A stretch of DNA of 64,000 nt from a candidate division WWE3 bacterium UBA1401 (lineage in GTDB: Bacteria > Patescibacteriota > WWE3 > UBA101185 > UBA10185): assembly GCA_002305115.1 (NCBI GenBank), contig DBQF01000001.1, positions 437,767 through 501,766 of the forward strand. The letters run 5' to 3'. Made by a program: the position numbers and the translations under genes. Below the pieces are notes generated by a model. The model worked only from the letters and a program-made list of their open reading frames with translations. It did not search any database and was not told the origin of the DNA. Below, piece by piece: positions 28,745-37,288 of this stretch; positions within the stretch are counted from its first letter, which is position 1, and each line of letters starts with the position of its first letter.

Positions 28745-28753
28745 TGGTATCAT
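28745..28753 (+). promoter_or_regulatory. Extended -10 box TGGTATCAT, 6 nt before the ATG at 28760
   Basis: TATCAT at 28748..28753, ATG at 28760. Confidence 0.5.
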
Positions 28754-28759
28754 AAATAT

Positions 28760-30106
28760 ATGAATGACCTGCTCGTTTCCTTAAGCGACAATGTATTAAA
28801 ACTCACATACTGGAGTATAGATGGCTTTGGAGGTTTTTCTAGGGAATTACCCACTGATATTGTAGAGAATTCTACCATTGTAGATATTGAGAAGTTCACG
28901 GAAATATTCTCGGCGACTCTGACAGAGTTCCTGCCAAAGAAAGCCAAAAGAGACAGCCTTAACTTTCTGGTTGATCCCCAGGATGTGGAAGTATTCTTTA
29001 TATCGGTGAATAAAAACGATGGTACTGTTGATGACCAGATTATTGCTGCTGCAAGAGAAAAACTAGGAGATTCCGGAGGTCTTGAGGCTCTATACTTCAG
29101 CTACAAGAAGATAGCGCCCTTTACATATCAGTTTGTTGGTATTAATCAGCACAAGCTTGAGAATTACTTGCAGGTTGCTAACAGTTTAGGCATTCCGCTA
29201 AAAAGCATTACACCTTGGGTTTTACTGCTGCCTAAGCTTGTTAACAACAGTCAGCCAAGTATATTTGTATCCAAAAATGATAATGGTAAGCAAGTTGTGG
29301 CTTTGTCGGACTTAAATGGTATATACTTTACCAAGGTCTTCACTCATGAACAGACCGATGAAGAGCTTACCGAACTGGTCAAAAATATCTCTTTGTATAA
29401 GCGTACTGTTCCTATTGACAAGATTTATACCGTTAACTATGGCAGTTTCTCGCTGGATCCAAAGTACGAAGTTTTACCCCTGAAAGTTCCTGGCAATGAT
29501 ACCGAAGAATTTAATGGCTATGAAACCCACTTGCTATTTCATAACGTAATAGAGAGTAGTCCTCAGATATTATTGAGTTGTGTTAATCTACTCAATCTTT
29601 TACCGGTGCCGGCTACTGTTAAAAGATCTGTGCCAGCGCTAAAAGCTGTCGCTTTTGTACTTCCATTAGTGCTTCTAATAGGTACTGGCTTGTTTTTGAA
29701 ACAGCGCGTCGATTTGGGGGGTTCTTCTGCTGAACCTGCGCAAAGCCCGGAAGTTCTGAGTGAAGTTACCGAAACGTTACCAGCTACAATTACTGAAACC
29801 GAACCTGCGGAAGTAGTGGAGCTTAATAAAGAAGAACTCAAGGTACGCGTGGAAAATGCCACCAACATTCCAGGCCTAGCTGCGAGAACACGTGATTTTC
29901 TGGTTCAGCTTGGATATAGTGTTGTTGGCATAGGGGATTCTATTGAAAACGGTAGAGAAACTACATTAGTTAAAGTAAAAGACAGCAAAATAGACTATAA
30001 AGAAGTGTTATTGGATGATTTGGATGAGGAATATATGGTGGAAGTAGAAGGTGGTTTAGCTGAGTCCTCTGAATTTGATGTACTGATTACTGCCGGTGAA
30101 AAATGA
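28760..30106 (+). CDS. Bitopic membrane protein: cytoplasmic N-domain (PilM/FtsA-like by loose resemblance), one TM, extracytoplasmic LytR_C-like C-domain
   Basis: TM AVAFVLPLVLLIGTGLFL. C-terminal VRVENATNIPGLAARTRDFLVQLGYSVVGIGDS matches the LytR C-terminal domain pattern. Lies 20 nt after ftsZ. Confidence 0.55.
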   Translation: MNDLLVSLSDNVLKLTYWSIDGFGGFSRELPTDIVENSTIVDIEKFTEIFSATLTEFLPKKAKRDSLNFLVDPQDVEVFFISVNKNDGTVDDQIIAAAREKLGDSGGLEALYFSYKKIAPFTYQFVGINQHKLENYLQVANSLGIPLKSITPWVLLLPKLVNNSQPSIFVSKNDNGKQVVALSDLNGIYFTKVFTHEQTDEELTELVKNISLYKRTVPIDKIYTVNYGSFSLDPKYEVLPLKVPGNDTEEFNGYETHLLFHNVIESSPQILLSCVNLLNLLPVPATVKRSVPALKAVAFVLPLVLLIGTGLFLKQRVDLGGSSAEPAQSPEVLSEVTETLPATITETEPAEVVELNKEELKVRVENATNIPGLAARTRDFLVQLGYSVVGIGDSIENGRETTLVKVKDSKIDYKEVLLDDLDEEYMVEVEGGLAESSEFDVLITAGEK

Positions 30107-30408
30107 ACTCATTTGTCTGCAAAAATTGTGGCCGCACAGTTTCGTTAATTGCTCCCGGAACTAAAAACAGAAATCACTGTCCGTTTTGTCTATATTCTGT
30201 CCATGTAGACGAAGCTAAAGGTGATAGAAAAAGCCCTTGTGGAGGGCTTATGGTGCCAATAGGTAGATTCTACAAGCCTGATGGTGAAGAGGTAATAGTG
30301 CACAGGTGTGGCAAATGCGGGTTTGTAAGGTGGAATAGGGTTGCAGGTGATGATAGTTTTGATTTAGTAGCAAAACTTCCGGTTGTTGATAAAAAAGACT
30401 ATTTATAG
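30103..30408 (+). CDS. RNHCP-domain zinc-ribbon protein
   Basis: CKNCG...KNRNHCPFCLYSVHVD...CGKCG. An ATGA stop/start overlap with the preceding gene is present. Confidence 0.7.
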   Translation: MNSFVCKNCGRTVSLIAPGTKNRNHCPFCLYSVHVDEAKGDRKSPCGGLMVPIGRFYKPDGEEVIVHRCGKCGFVRWNRVAGDDSFDLVAKLPVVDKKDYL

Positions 30409-30425
30409 TAACATCTCCTTTGTTT

Positions 30426-30866
30426 ATGGCTTATGCAATCATAGCCCTTGGGGGCAAACAATTTAAAGTGCAAGAGGGTGACACTTTTAAGCTGGAGCGT
30501 CAGTCCGAGCTAAAACCCGAAGTACTTCTATATGTTGATGAGGATGGTACTATAGTAGGCCAGCCTGTGATAGAGGATATTTCTGTAAAGGCTACAGTAA
30601 TTTCAGAAGAGCGTGATTCAAAAGTACGTGTTGCCAGATTTAGAGCCAAATCCAGGTATTCTAAAGTAAAGGGTCACAGACAGCCAATAAGCATCATCAA
30701 AATTGAATCTATAGACAAGAAGGGTAAACAGAAAGCAGTTGAGGCTAAGAAGGATGAATCTAAAAAAGAAACTGTAAAGGCTACAGGGAAAAAAGTTGTT
30801 GCGGCCAGAACTAAAAAGGCATCAGCTGCAAAAAAAGTAGCAAGTTCAAAGGCTAAGGAGAAATAA
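30426..30866 (+). CDS. rplU: 50S ribosomal protein L21 with Lys/Ala-rich C-terminal extension
   Basis: MAYAIIALGGKQFKV start. The tail is KKGKQKAVEAKKDESKKETVKATGKKVVAARTKKASAAKKVASSKAKEK. The track start at 30420 is a TTG two codons upstream. Confidence 0.9.
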   Translation: MAYAIIALGGKQFKVQEGDTFKLERQSELKPEVLLYVDEDGTIVGQPVIEDISVKATVISEERDSKVRVARFRAKSRYSKVKGHRQPISIIKIESIDKKGKQKAVEAKKDESKKETVKATGKKVVAARTKKASAAKKVASSKAKEK

Positions 30867-30869
30867 ACC

Positions 30870-31130
30870 ATGGCTCATACAAAACAAGGTGGTACAAGGG
30901 CAGGACAAGGTTCTAACGTAGCAGGTAAAAGGCTTGGTGTTAAAGTTTCTGGTGGTTCTGTTGTTAAACCCGGGCAAATTATTGTAAGGCAACGCGGCAG
31001 AACTTTTATGGCAGGTAACAACGTTGATATGGGTAAAGACTTTACGATATTTGCTAAAGTGGCTGGTATAGTAGAATTTATTAATAAGACTAGGTCTAAA
31101 AAGCAGATTAATGTTGTTCCGCTAAAGTAA
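30870..31130 (+). CDS. rpmA: 50S ribosomal protein L27
   Basis: [26 protein letters not shown]-terminus, 86 aa. Confidence 0.95.
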   Translation: MAHTKQGGTRAGQGSNVAGKRLGVKVSGGSVVKPGQIIVRQRGRTFMAGNNVDMGKDFTIFAKVAGIVEFINKTRSKKQINVVPLK

Positions 31131-31673
31131 TCCTCCATTTTTTACAAGTCTAAAATTTGTCAGTGGGTAATATACCATAAAGGCTCGGCCGATAATGTTT
31201 TCTGCCGGAACAGCACCCCATTCTCTTGAATCTATGCTATTGCTTCTGTTATCACCCAGTAGAACATAGCTGTTTTCAGGGATCTGATAAGTTGTATCTT
31301 CCTTTATTACTCTTTTGCCTCTCGTTTGATTTTGTTCATGTACATAAGGTTCTTCTAGTGGTTTTCCATCCAGCAAGACTTTACCCTGCGAGATTATGAT
31401 GGTTTCTTTTGGCATACCTACAACCCTTTTAATGACAAGTTTTTTAGGATATTCAGGGTGTTCAAAAATCACTATATCTCCTCTTTGAATTGGTCTAAAG
31501 TTTAGGGAGATTTTTTCTGCAACTAGTTGTTCTTTGTCGTGAAAGTTGGGTAGCATGGAGTTGCCACTTACGATCATAAGTTCGCCTAAGAAGGTATTGA
31601 CTACAAAGAATATTGCGCTGCCGATGAGTAGTACTTCAAGTGAGTCTTTTAAGAATTTCAGGAGTGGTTTCAT
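31122..31673 (-). CDS. lepB: Signal peptidase I
   Basis: Catalytic Ser box GNSMLPNF, Lys box [11 protein letters not shown], and [11 protein letters not shown]. Confidence 0.9.
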   Translation of the reverse strand: MKPLLKFLKDSLEVLLIGSAIFFVVNTFLGELMIVSGNSMLPNFHDKEQLVAEKISLNFRPIQRGDIVIFEHPEYPKKLVIKRVVGMPKETIIISQGKVLLDGKPLEEPYVHEQNQTRGKRVIKEDTTYQIPENSYVLLGDNRSNSIDSREWGAVPAENIIGRAFMVYYPLTNFRLVKNGGLL

Positions 31674-31682
31674 TGTTGGTTT

Positions 31683-31691
31683 ATTGTAGCA
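31683..31691 (-). promoter_or_regulatory. Extended -10 box TGCTACAAT (minus strand), 9 nt before the lepB ATG
   Basis: Same GTGCTACAAT string as at uvrB. Confidence 0.5.
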
Positions 31692-31702
31692 CGGTGGAAG
31701 TA

Positions 31703-31772
31703 AAACCTGGCCGTGCCATTCGTAGCAGGTGATAGAGCTTTTTGTCCTACTTCATCCGCCTGCGGCGGATGG
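31703..31772 (-). repeat. tRNA-linked structured repeat, copy C (shortened variant)
   Basis: Contains the exact 20-mer catccgcctgcggcggatgg (31753..31772). The far end ctggccgtgccattcgtagc is homologous to copies A and B. Confidence 0.65.
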
Positions 31773-31778
31773 TGGGCG

Positions 31779-31807
31779 CGCTTAGCGAGCCTCCCCCACG
31801 CTAAGCG
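31779..31807 (-). other. 9-bp hairpin abutting the CCA of tRNA-Val
   Basis: cgcttagcg (31779..31787) pairs with cgctaagcg (31799..31807), with an 11-nt loop. Confidence 0.7.
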
Positions 31808-31884
31808 TGGTGGGTCTATCTGGATTCGAACCAGAGGCCTCTGCAATGTGAATGCAGCGCTCTAACCAGCTGAGCTATAGACCC
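31808..31884 (-). tRNA. tRNA-Val (anticodon CAC), CCA encoded
   Basis: Minus strand reads GGGTCTATAGCTCAGCTGGTTAGAGCGCTGCATTCACATTGCAGAGGCCTCTGGTTCGAATCCAGATAGACCCACCA. The cloverleaf folds by hand. Confidence 0.9.
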
Positions 31885-32002
31885 GTAGACGGTATGATAA
31901 TACCAAACTTTAGAACGTTTATGTATTCTTACAATTTGCATACATGTATTTGTGTGGGTAAAATATATTCCGATCACGCTCCTAGACCTACAGGAGGTGG
32001 AA

Positions 32003-32296
32003 ATGCAGAATAGGGACGTAGTAGAGTGTGTTGTTGACGGTGAGAAGACCATTGTGCTCGTGGCTTTGGTCGGACCCGATGGGTTTTCTGGATGGATGTA
32101 TGACCCAATTAATGGGGTCAAGTTTGTAAATGTGGGGCTGAGTCCAGCACCCACCCATATAGATCAAGTTGATTATCCAGTACCCGCGGGAAGTGCCTCA
32201 AAAACGCTGAAAGAGAAAATGCGTACTAACGTTATACGTTATGCGCGGCTTCGTGGTTTGATTGAAGACGTTACAGCTCAAGAAGAGGCGGTGTAG
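32003..32296 (+). CDS. Small hypothetical protein (97 aa), apparently GC-richer than its neighbours
   Basis: SD AGGAGGTG precedes the ATG at 32003; the track ORF at 31952 is an upstream extension. I recognise no family. Confidence 0.4.
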   Translation: MQNRDVVECVVDGEKTIVLVALVGPDGFSGWMYDPINGVKFVNVGLSPAPTHIDQVDYPVPAGSASKTLKEKMRTNVIRYARLRGLIEDVTAQEEAV

Positions 32297-32390
32297 AAGG
32301 TAGGGGAGCGGATCGCGCTGGGTGTAGACAGACGGACTAATGGAGTAGACCCCCAAAGTCTCCGACCCGATGTCTGCATCCAGCTCCTTT

Positions 32391-33602
32391 CTAATCATTA
32401 AACTCCTCTTCCAACAAATCCCAAAGATCCAAATACCCTCCATCATATCCAAGCGCCCAAATACCAACTCCTCCCAGCCCATACTCCTTAACAAGCCTAT
32501 ACTTCAGCCTCAAAGACTCCTTATTATCAAAATACACCTGCCTTAAAGACCCCGTCTCCGAACTTACATATGAAAAGTACGGCGTCTGCCCAAGCTCATC
32601 CCAGCCAATACGTGGCTTTAACGAAATAACACTATCCATAATATCCGCATACCTCTGAGACTGCGAATAGCCAATAAAGTCATTGCCTTCAATTCTCTCA
32701 GCATAACCCTCGCTAGTTGTAACCACCCAGTTATTTCCATAGTAAGGTACTCCCATGAGTAATTTATTTGGAGGCACATACGCCAAATAATCCGTAAGCA
32801 TTGTCTTAATATCATAATCAGAGTGAACACCTTTGCCGTTTATGGGTGCTACGGGTCCGGCATTTTCTGAATTTGGTTGATGGAAGTCATATGCCATAAT
32901 AAAGATGCCGTCTGCTGCCTTAGCCAACCCTTCCACATCTGAGATTCTTGGTTTGATTAACGAATCAGCAAATGCTGCTACGACAACGAATGACTCGCCA
33001 AATTCTTTATCCAACTCTGCGTTCAGAAACCTAACAAATTCCGTGTATTTTTTCTCTTGACCGTCTTCTACCAATTCTACGTACTCAAAATTAACGTTCA
33101 CATGGGTGATATTTTTTGCTTTTAGCTCTACCTTTAGATTTGTAGCCAGTGTTTGCCAACACGACCTGCAGCTTAAGAATCTATCCGAAATTGCGTCCTC
33201 GTGTGAAATTATTGTTAGTGCCATTCTTACCCCGTGTCTATTGGCGGAGTTTATAAGTTTGGTAAGATCCTCATTCCGTTTCCATGCCTGGTATCCAGGT
33301 TCTAGTGATCCATCTTCCTCAAGTGTTTTAAAATTTCCATCACTTTGAATTTTCAGACCAAAGTATGCAATGTCTGTTAGCTTATCGAATTGTACATATT
33401 TGGCACTGGCTAAACTCCAGTAAGGTAGGTAGCCATATACAATTTTAGATGGATGTCCCGTCTGCTTGTTGTATCTATAGGCACTAAATGATTTACCTAA
33501 CGGTGATATATGCTTATAAGAGGTGTGGCAGGTCAGTTGCCAAACCAATAGTACCAAAACTAAACATACAGGTGCCAGTATTAGGGCAGCTTTTTTGGTC
33601 AT
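32391..33602 (-). CDS. Glycoside hydrolase family 18-like protein (membrane-anchored), variant catalytic motif
   Basis: GH18 pattern (FIMAYDFH, MGVPYYGNNW). The DxDxE box reads NVNFE. Start placed at the ATG 33602, 6 nt after TAGAAT; the track start at 33608 abuts the box. Confidence 0.7.
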   Translation of the reverse strand: MTKKAALILAPVCLVLVLLVWQLTCHTSYKHISPLGKSFSAYRYNKQTGHPSKIVYGYLPYWSLASAKYVQFDKLTDIAYFGLKIQSDGNFKTLEEDGSLEPGYQAWKRNEDLTKLINSANRHGVRMALTIISHEDAISDRFLSCRSCWQTLATNLKVELKAKNITHVNVNFEYVELVEDGQEKKYTEFVRFLNAELDKEFGESFVVVAAFADSLIKPRISDVEGLAKAADGIFIMAYDFHQPNSENAGPVAPINGKGVHSDYDIKTMLTDYLAYVPPNKLLMGVPYYGNNWVVTTSEGYAERIEGNDFIGYSQSQRYADIMDSVISLKPRIGWDELGQTPYFSYVSSETGSLRQVYFDNKESLRLKYRLVKEYGLGGVGIWALGYDGGYLDLWDLLEEEFND

Positions 33603-33608
33603 GTACAT

Positions 33609-33614
33609 ATTCTA
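33609..33614 (-). promoter_or_regulatory. -10 box TAGAAT (minus strand) for the GH18-like gene
   Basis: The minus strand reads CTGTAGAAT-ATGTAC-ATG. Confidence 0.45.
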
Positions 33615-33641
33615 CAGTATTCGGTTTTAACTTTATGTAGG

Positions 33642-33650
33642 TGATAAAAT
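33642..33650 (+). promoter_or_regulatory. Extended -10 box TGATAAAAT, 8 nt before the ATG at 33659
   Basis: Divergent partner of the GH18-like promoter. Confidence 0.5.
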
Positions 33651-33658
33651 AGCTGTGC

Positions 33659-34864
33659 ATGATTTTTAAGAAGAGACCACCTACACGAAAAGTTCTTTTT
33701 ATTTTTGTCACACTGTTTTTATTGCTGCTTGGTTCCTTGGTTTCGTGGCATTTGTTTTTAGATGAATCTGCAGACACCATAACTGTTTATGATCATCCGC
33801 CCAGCTCGGAAGATATTGTTCTAGATACCAGTAAACACTGCAGAATGGGGGATGAAATTGAGTATGTTTATTATGAACAAGTATCTATGGAGCAGAAGCA
33901 AAACAACAAGTTTGGTCTCTATATCTATGCCGAGCAAAAAGAGTTTTTTGAGCTGGCTCAGAACTTGGTTAATTCCAATGGTGGAGACTGGGGTTATGTA
34001 TTAATTCCATACAATGTTAAAGATTATGACAGAGATAAATGGGAAGGTGTTTTTACCCGTCTTCATAACAAACACCTGATTCCAATAATCCAGTTATGGG
34101 ATGTTGATCCTGAAGATTATAAAGTACAAACGCAAAGAGCCGCCAGATTCTTAAATAGCTTTATGTGGCCTATAGAACAGCGCTATGTAAGTGTTTATAA
34201 TGAAACAAATGATGCTAAGTTTTGGCGGGGTAGAGTAGCTCCGGCCGAGTATGCTCGGGTTTTGGATTATACTATAGCTGAATTTAAGGCTCAGAACGAC
34301 AATTTCTTTATGCTAAACGGAGCATTTAACGTTAGTGCGCCTTCTAATGTTTCCCACATGGATGCTTTTGATTATATGTATCAGATGAATAAAGAAGTTC
34401 CAGGAATTTTTTCTAAACTGGATGGTTGGGCTTCTCATCCTTATCCACAGCCAAATTTCTCTGGCAGTCCCTATGACACAGGTAGATGGAGTATACGCGC
34501 CTATGAAGATGAGATTGCTTATCTAAAAGATACTCTGGGGGTTACAAAAGATCTTCCGGTTTTTATTACTGAGACTGGCTGGGCTCATGCCGAGGGTGAG
34601 ACATTTAATGCTAGTTTTTTAGGTTTGGTAGATGTGTCACGTAATCTTGAAATTGCTTTTAGAGAAGTATGGCTAAAAGATGATAGAGTAAAGGCTGTAA
34701 TACCTTTTACTATTTGGTATGAACCACCTTTTGATCATTTTGCTTGGGTTAACAGAGATGGTGTTCCATATGACCATTACAATGTTGTTAAGGAATTACA
34801 TAAAATTGCGGGTACACCTAACAAAATGGTGAGTACTAAGGTTAGGAATTTGGTATGCGAATAG
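33659..34864 (+). CDS. Membrane-anchored putative glycoside hydrolase (TIM-barrel type)
   Basis: N-terminal TM. The VFITETGWAH motif resembles the nucleophile strand of clan GH-A enzymes. Family not identified. Confidence 0.45.
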   Translation: MIFKKRPPTRKVLFIFVTLFLLLLGSLVSWHLFLDESADTITVYDHPPSSEDIVLDTSKHCRMGDEIEYVYYEQVSMEQKQNNKFGLYIYAEQKEFFELAQNLVNSNGGDWGYVLIPYNVKDYDRDKWEGVFTRLHNKHLIPIIQLWDVDPEDYKVQTQRAARFLNSFMWPIEQRYVSVYNETNDAKFWRGRVAPAEYARVLDYTIAEFKAQNDNFFMLNGAFNVSAPSNVSHMDAFDYMYQMNKEVPGIFSKLDGWASHPYPQPNFSGSPYDTGRWSIRAYEDEIAYLKDTLGVTKDLPVFITETGWAHAEGETFNASFLGLVDVSRNLEIAFREVWLKDDRVKAVIPFTIWYEPPFDHFAWVNRDGVPYDHYNVVKELHKIAGTPNKMVSTKVRNLVCE

Positions 34865-36135
34865 CTATTTCGAGCACTAGAAGGATAGTTGCGCTAAATA
34901 CTGTATATCAATTGGCTGGGAAGTTCTTTAGCACTGTTATCACTATAATAGTAACGGTTATTGTAACCAGAGCCTATGGCAGGGATGCGTATGGGCAGTT
35001 TACGTTAATGCAGTCTTATCCCGCACTTTTTTTCATTATCGTAGATTTTGGGTTAAACGCTATTGCAGTTAAGGAAATTGCCAAAGACGAAACTAGAACA
35101 CAAAAGGTTTTTAATTCGGTTCTTGTTATGCGACTTTTATTCTCAGCATTACTTGTTTTGGTTTTAGGTTTAATCCTAATTTTTTTTCCATACAGCCCCC
35201 AACTTAAGTTTGGTATCATACTAAGCTTATTTTTAATTATTACGCAGGCTTTGTATGCCACAGCAAATATTGTGTTTCAGGCACAGCTTAAGTATAACTT
35301 TTCCACTTTAAGCTATGTGCTTGGGTCACTTTGCATATTAGTTTTGGTTGTGCTGTTTACTGCCCTAGGTGCAAGTGTTGTATTAATTAGCTTCAGTTAT
35401 GTGTTGGGTGGACTTGTGGTATTTCTCATCAACTTGCGGTTGTTGGCCAAGCTTGGTGTAGAAATAACTTTTGGTTTTGATAAAGCATTAGCTAAGCTGT
35501 TAGTTATTCAGGCGCTACCTTTAGGGTTGATGTTTGTTTTTAGCCAGGTGAATTTTAAATCAGATACTATTTTGCTTTCTTTACTGCATATGCCTTCTAG
35601 CTATGGTCTTTCAAATACTGAAAGTGTCGCCATATATTCATTGCCCTATAAGGTTTTTGAGGTGTGTTTGGTAATACCTACTTTCTTTATGAATGCTGTA
35701 TATCCGCTTTTTGTTAAGCGCGTGTTAGTAAGTAAAGCTACACTATTGGCAATTTTTAAAAAATCTTTGGTTATACTAGCTGCCTTGGGTAGTTTTGCCG
35801 GATGTGTTGGCTTTTTTGCTGCCCCCTTATTGATAAAACTGTTAGGTGGTAGTGATTTTACTCAATCAGTTCTAGTTTTACGTATTTTATTTATTGGTTT
35901 GTTACTTTTCTTCCTATCACAGCCCGTATCATGGCTCATAGTGACTCTAGAGAAGCAATGGTTTCTTCCTATTGTTTACTGTGTTAGTGCAGCTTTTAAT
36001 GTTAGTGCTAACCTTGTTCTTATTCCCAGGTATTCATTTTATGCTGCTTCGGCTATTACTGTTGGTTCGGAGCTTCTGGTGTTAGTGTTATTAGTGTTTT
36101 ATGCCCGGAAAGCTGTAGCAAGCTATGGTGCTTAA
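34855..36135 (+). CDS. Polysaccharide/oligosaccharide flippase (Wzx/MOP-superfamily-like)
   Basis: 426 aa with roughly 12-14 TM segments. Overlaps both neighbours in a glycan-gene context. Confidence 0.65.
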   Translation: MRIAISSTRRIVALNTVYQLAGKFFSTVITIIVTVIVTRAYGRDAYGQFTLMQSYPALFFIIVDFGLNAIAVKEIAKDETRTQKVFNSVLVMRLLFSALLVLVLGLILIFFPYSPQLKFGIILSLFLIITQALYATANIVFQAQLKYNFSTLSYVLGSLCILVLVVLFTALGASVVLISFSYVLGGLVVFLINLRLLAKLGVEITFGFDKALAKLLVIQALPLGLMFVFSQVNFKSDTILLSLLHMPSSYGLSNTESVAIYSLPYKVFEVCLVIPTFFMNAVYPLFVKRVLVSKATLLAIFKKSLVILAALGSFAGCVGFFAAPLLIKLLGGSDFTQSVLVLRILFIGLLLFFLSQPVSWLIVTLEKQWFLPIVYCVSAAFNVSANLVLIPRYSFYAASAITVGSELLVLVLLVFYARKAVASYGA

Positions 36136-37288
36136 ATTTTTATTGGTATCTCTCTTTTGCACCTTCTCGTTAGGTCAATTTAGTGCGGTAATTAGAGTAG
36201 GGGAGGGCAAACTCTACCTTTATGACTTGTTAGCAACTTTTCTAGGACTTAGTGGGCTTGTTTACTTTCTAGTTTGTAAAAAAGCCTTTAAAATACCAAA
36301 GCCTGCGGTGCCATTTCTAGTTTTTGTACTTGTGGGCTTGGTTTCTATGTTTCGTCCTTTGGTGCTTTATTCCGAGCTGCAAGTGGCAACGTCGTTATTC
36401 TACTTGGTGCGGTTCACCACGTATCTACTTAGTGCGCTTGTTGTATACAACCTGGTTATACATAGGCTTCTTAACAGGGAAGCTTTTTGCAGCCTTTTGA
36501 TATACTCCGCTCTGGTTGTTGCTATTGTAGGATTCGTTCAGCTAGTTCTTTTACCGGATCTAGGCATCTTAGATACAGCCTTGGGATGGGATCCTCATAA
36601 GAACAGATTAGTATCTACATTTTTCGACCCCAATTTTGCCGGAGGCTATCTGGTGCTTGCATTTAGTTACTTATGCTTTGTTAAACAGGGAAAACACAGG
36701 TTTGTATATGGAACAATTCTTTTTGCAGCCATAGTTATGACTTTTTCCAGGAGTACATGGGGCATGTTGGCATTAGCGTCGTTAATCTATGGTGTAGTTA
36801 AGGATAAGAAAGTTTTGTTTGTTGCCCTTTTGTTGGCATTTTTAGCTTACTTTGCCGTACCTAGAGTTCAAACTCGTTTAGCGGGTATTACAGATCCTAC
36901 AGATTCAGCAAGATTTAGACTTATTTCTTGGAACAACACATTAACCATAGCAAAAGATCATCTACTGCTAGGTACAGGGTTTAATACGTTTAGGTATATT
37001 CAAAAGGACTATGGGTTTATTGCCCCGGGAACTTTAGGTGGTCATGAAGGTGCCGGTTCCGATTCCAGTTTGCTTTTTGTCTTGGCTACGACTGGAATTG
37101 TTGGTTTTACAATTTTTGTAGCGGGCATTAGCTACCCGATTGTTGTTGGCCTTAGAAAGCACAATTATACTTTGGTGTTTGTAGTGGTGCCCCTACTTGC
37201 ACATTCACAGTTTGTGAATTCCCTATTTTATCCGCCGCTTATGTTTATTTGGTTATGTGTTGTAATGTTTGCTGGAACAGTTAGTTAG
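36125..37288 (+). CDS. O-antigen ligase/polymerase-like membrane protein (Wzy_C-like)
   Basis: Polytopic. Central loop with TFSRSTWGMLALASL and a long periplasmic loop typical of the O-antigen ligase family. Confidence 0.6.
   Translation: MVLKFLLVSLFCTFSLGQFSAVIRVGEGKLYLYDLLATFLGLSGLVYFLVCKKAFKIPKPAVPFLVFVLVGLVSMFRPLVLYSELQVATSLFYLVRFTTYLLSALVVYNLVIHRLLNREAFCSLLIYSALVVAIVGFVQLVLLPDLGILDTALGWDPHKNRLVSTFFDPNFAGGYLVLAFSYLCFVKQGKHRFVYGTILFAAIVMTFSRSTWGMLALASLIYGVVKDKKVLFVALLLAFLAYFAVPRVQTRLAGITDPTDSARFRLISWNNTLTIAKDHLLLGTGFNTFRYIQKDYGFIAPGTLGGHEGAGSDSSLLFVLATTGIVGFTIFVAGISYPIVVGLRKHNYTLVFVVVPLLAHSQFVNSLFYPPLMFIWLCVVMFAGTVS

Noticed and set aside
31816-32154. A 112-aa minus-strand ORF overlapping tRNA-Val.
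   Set aside because: It reads through the tRNA gene and its promoter, so it is spurious.
32384-32398. CTCCTTTCTAA string considered as a fragment of a 16S rRNA 3' end.
   Set aside because: Only the anti-SD-like core matches. The flanking sequence does not resemble the conserved 16S terminal helix. The resemblance follows from being the complement of an SD.
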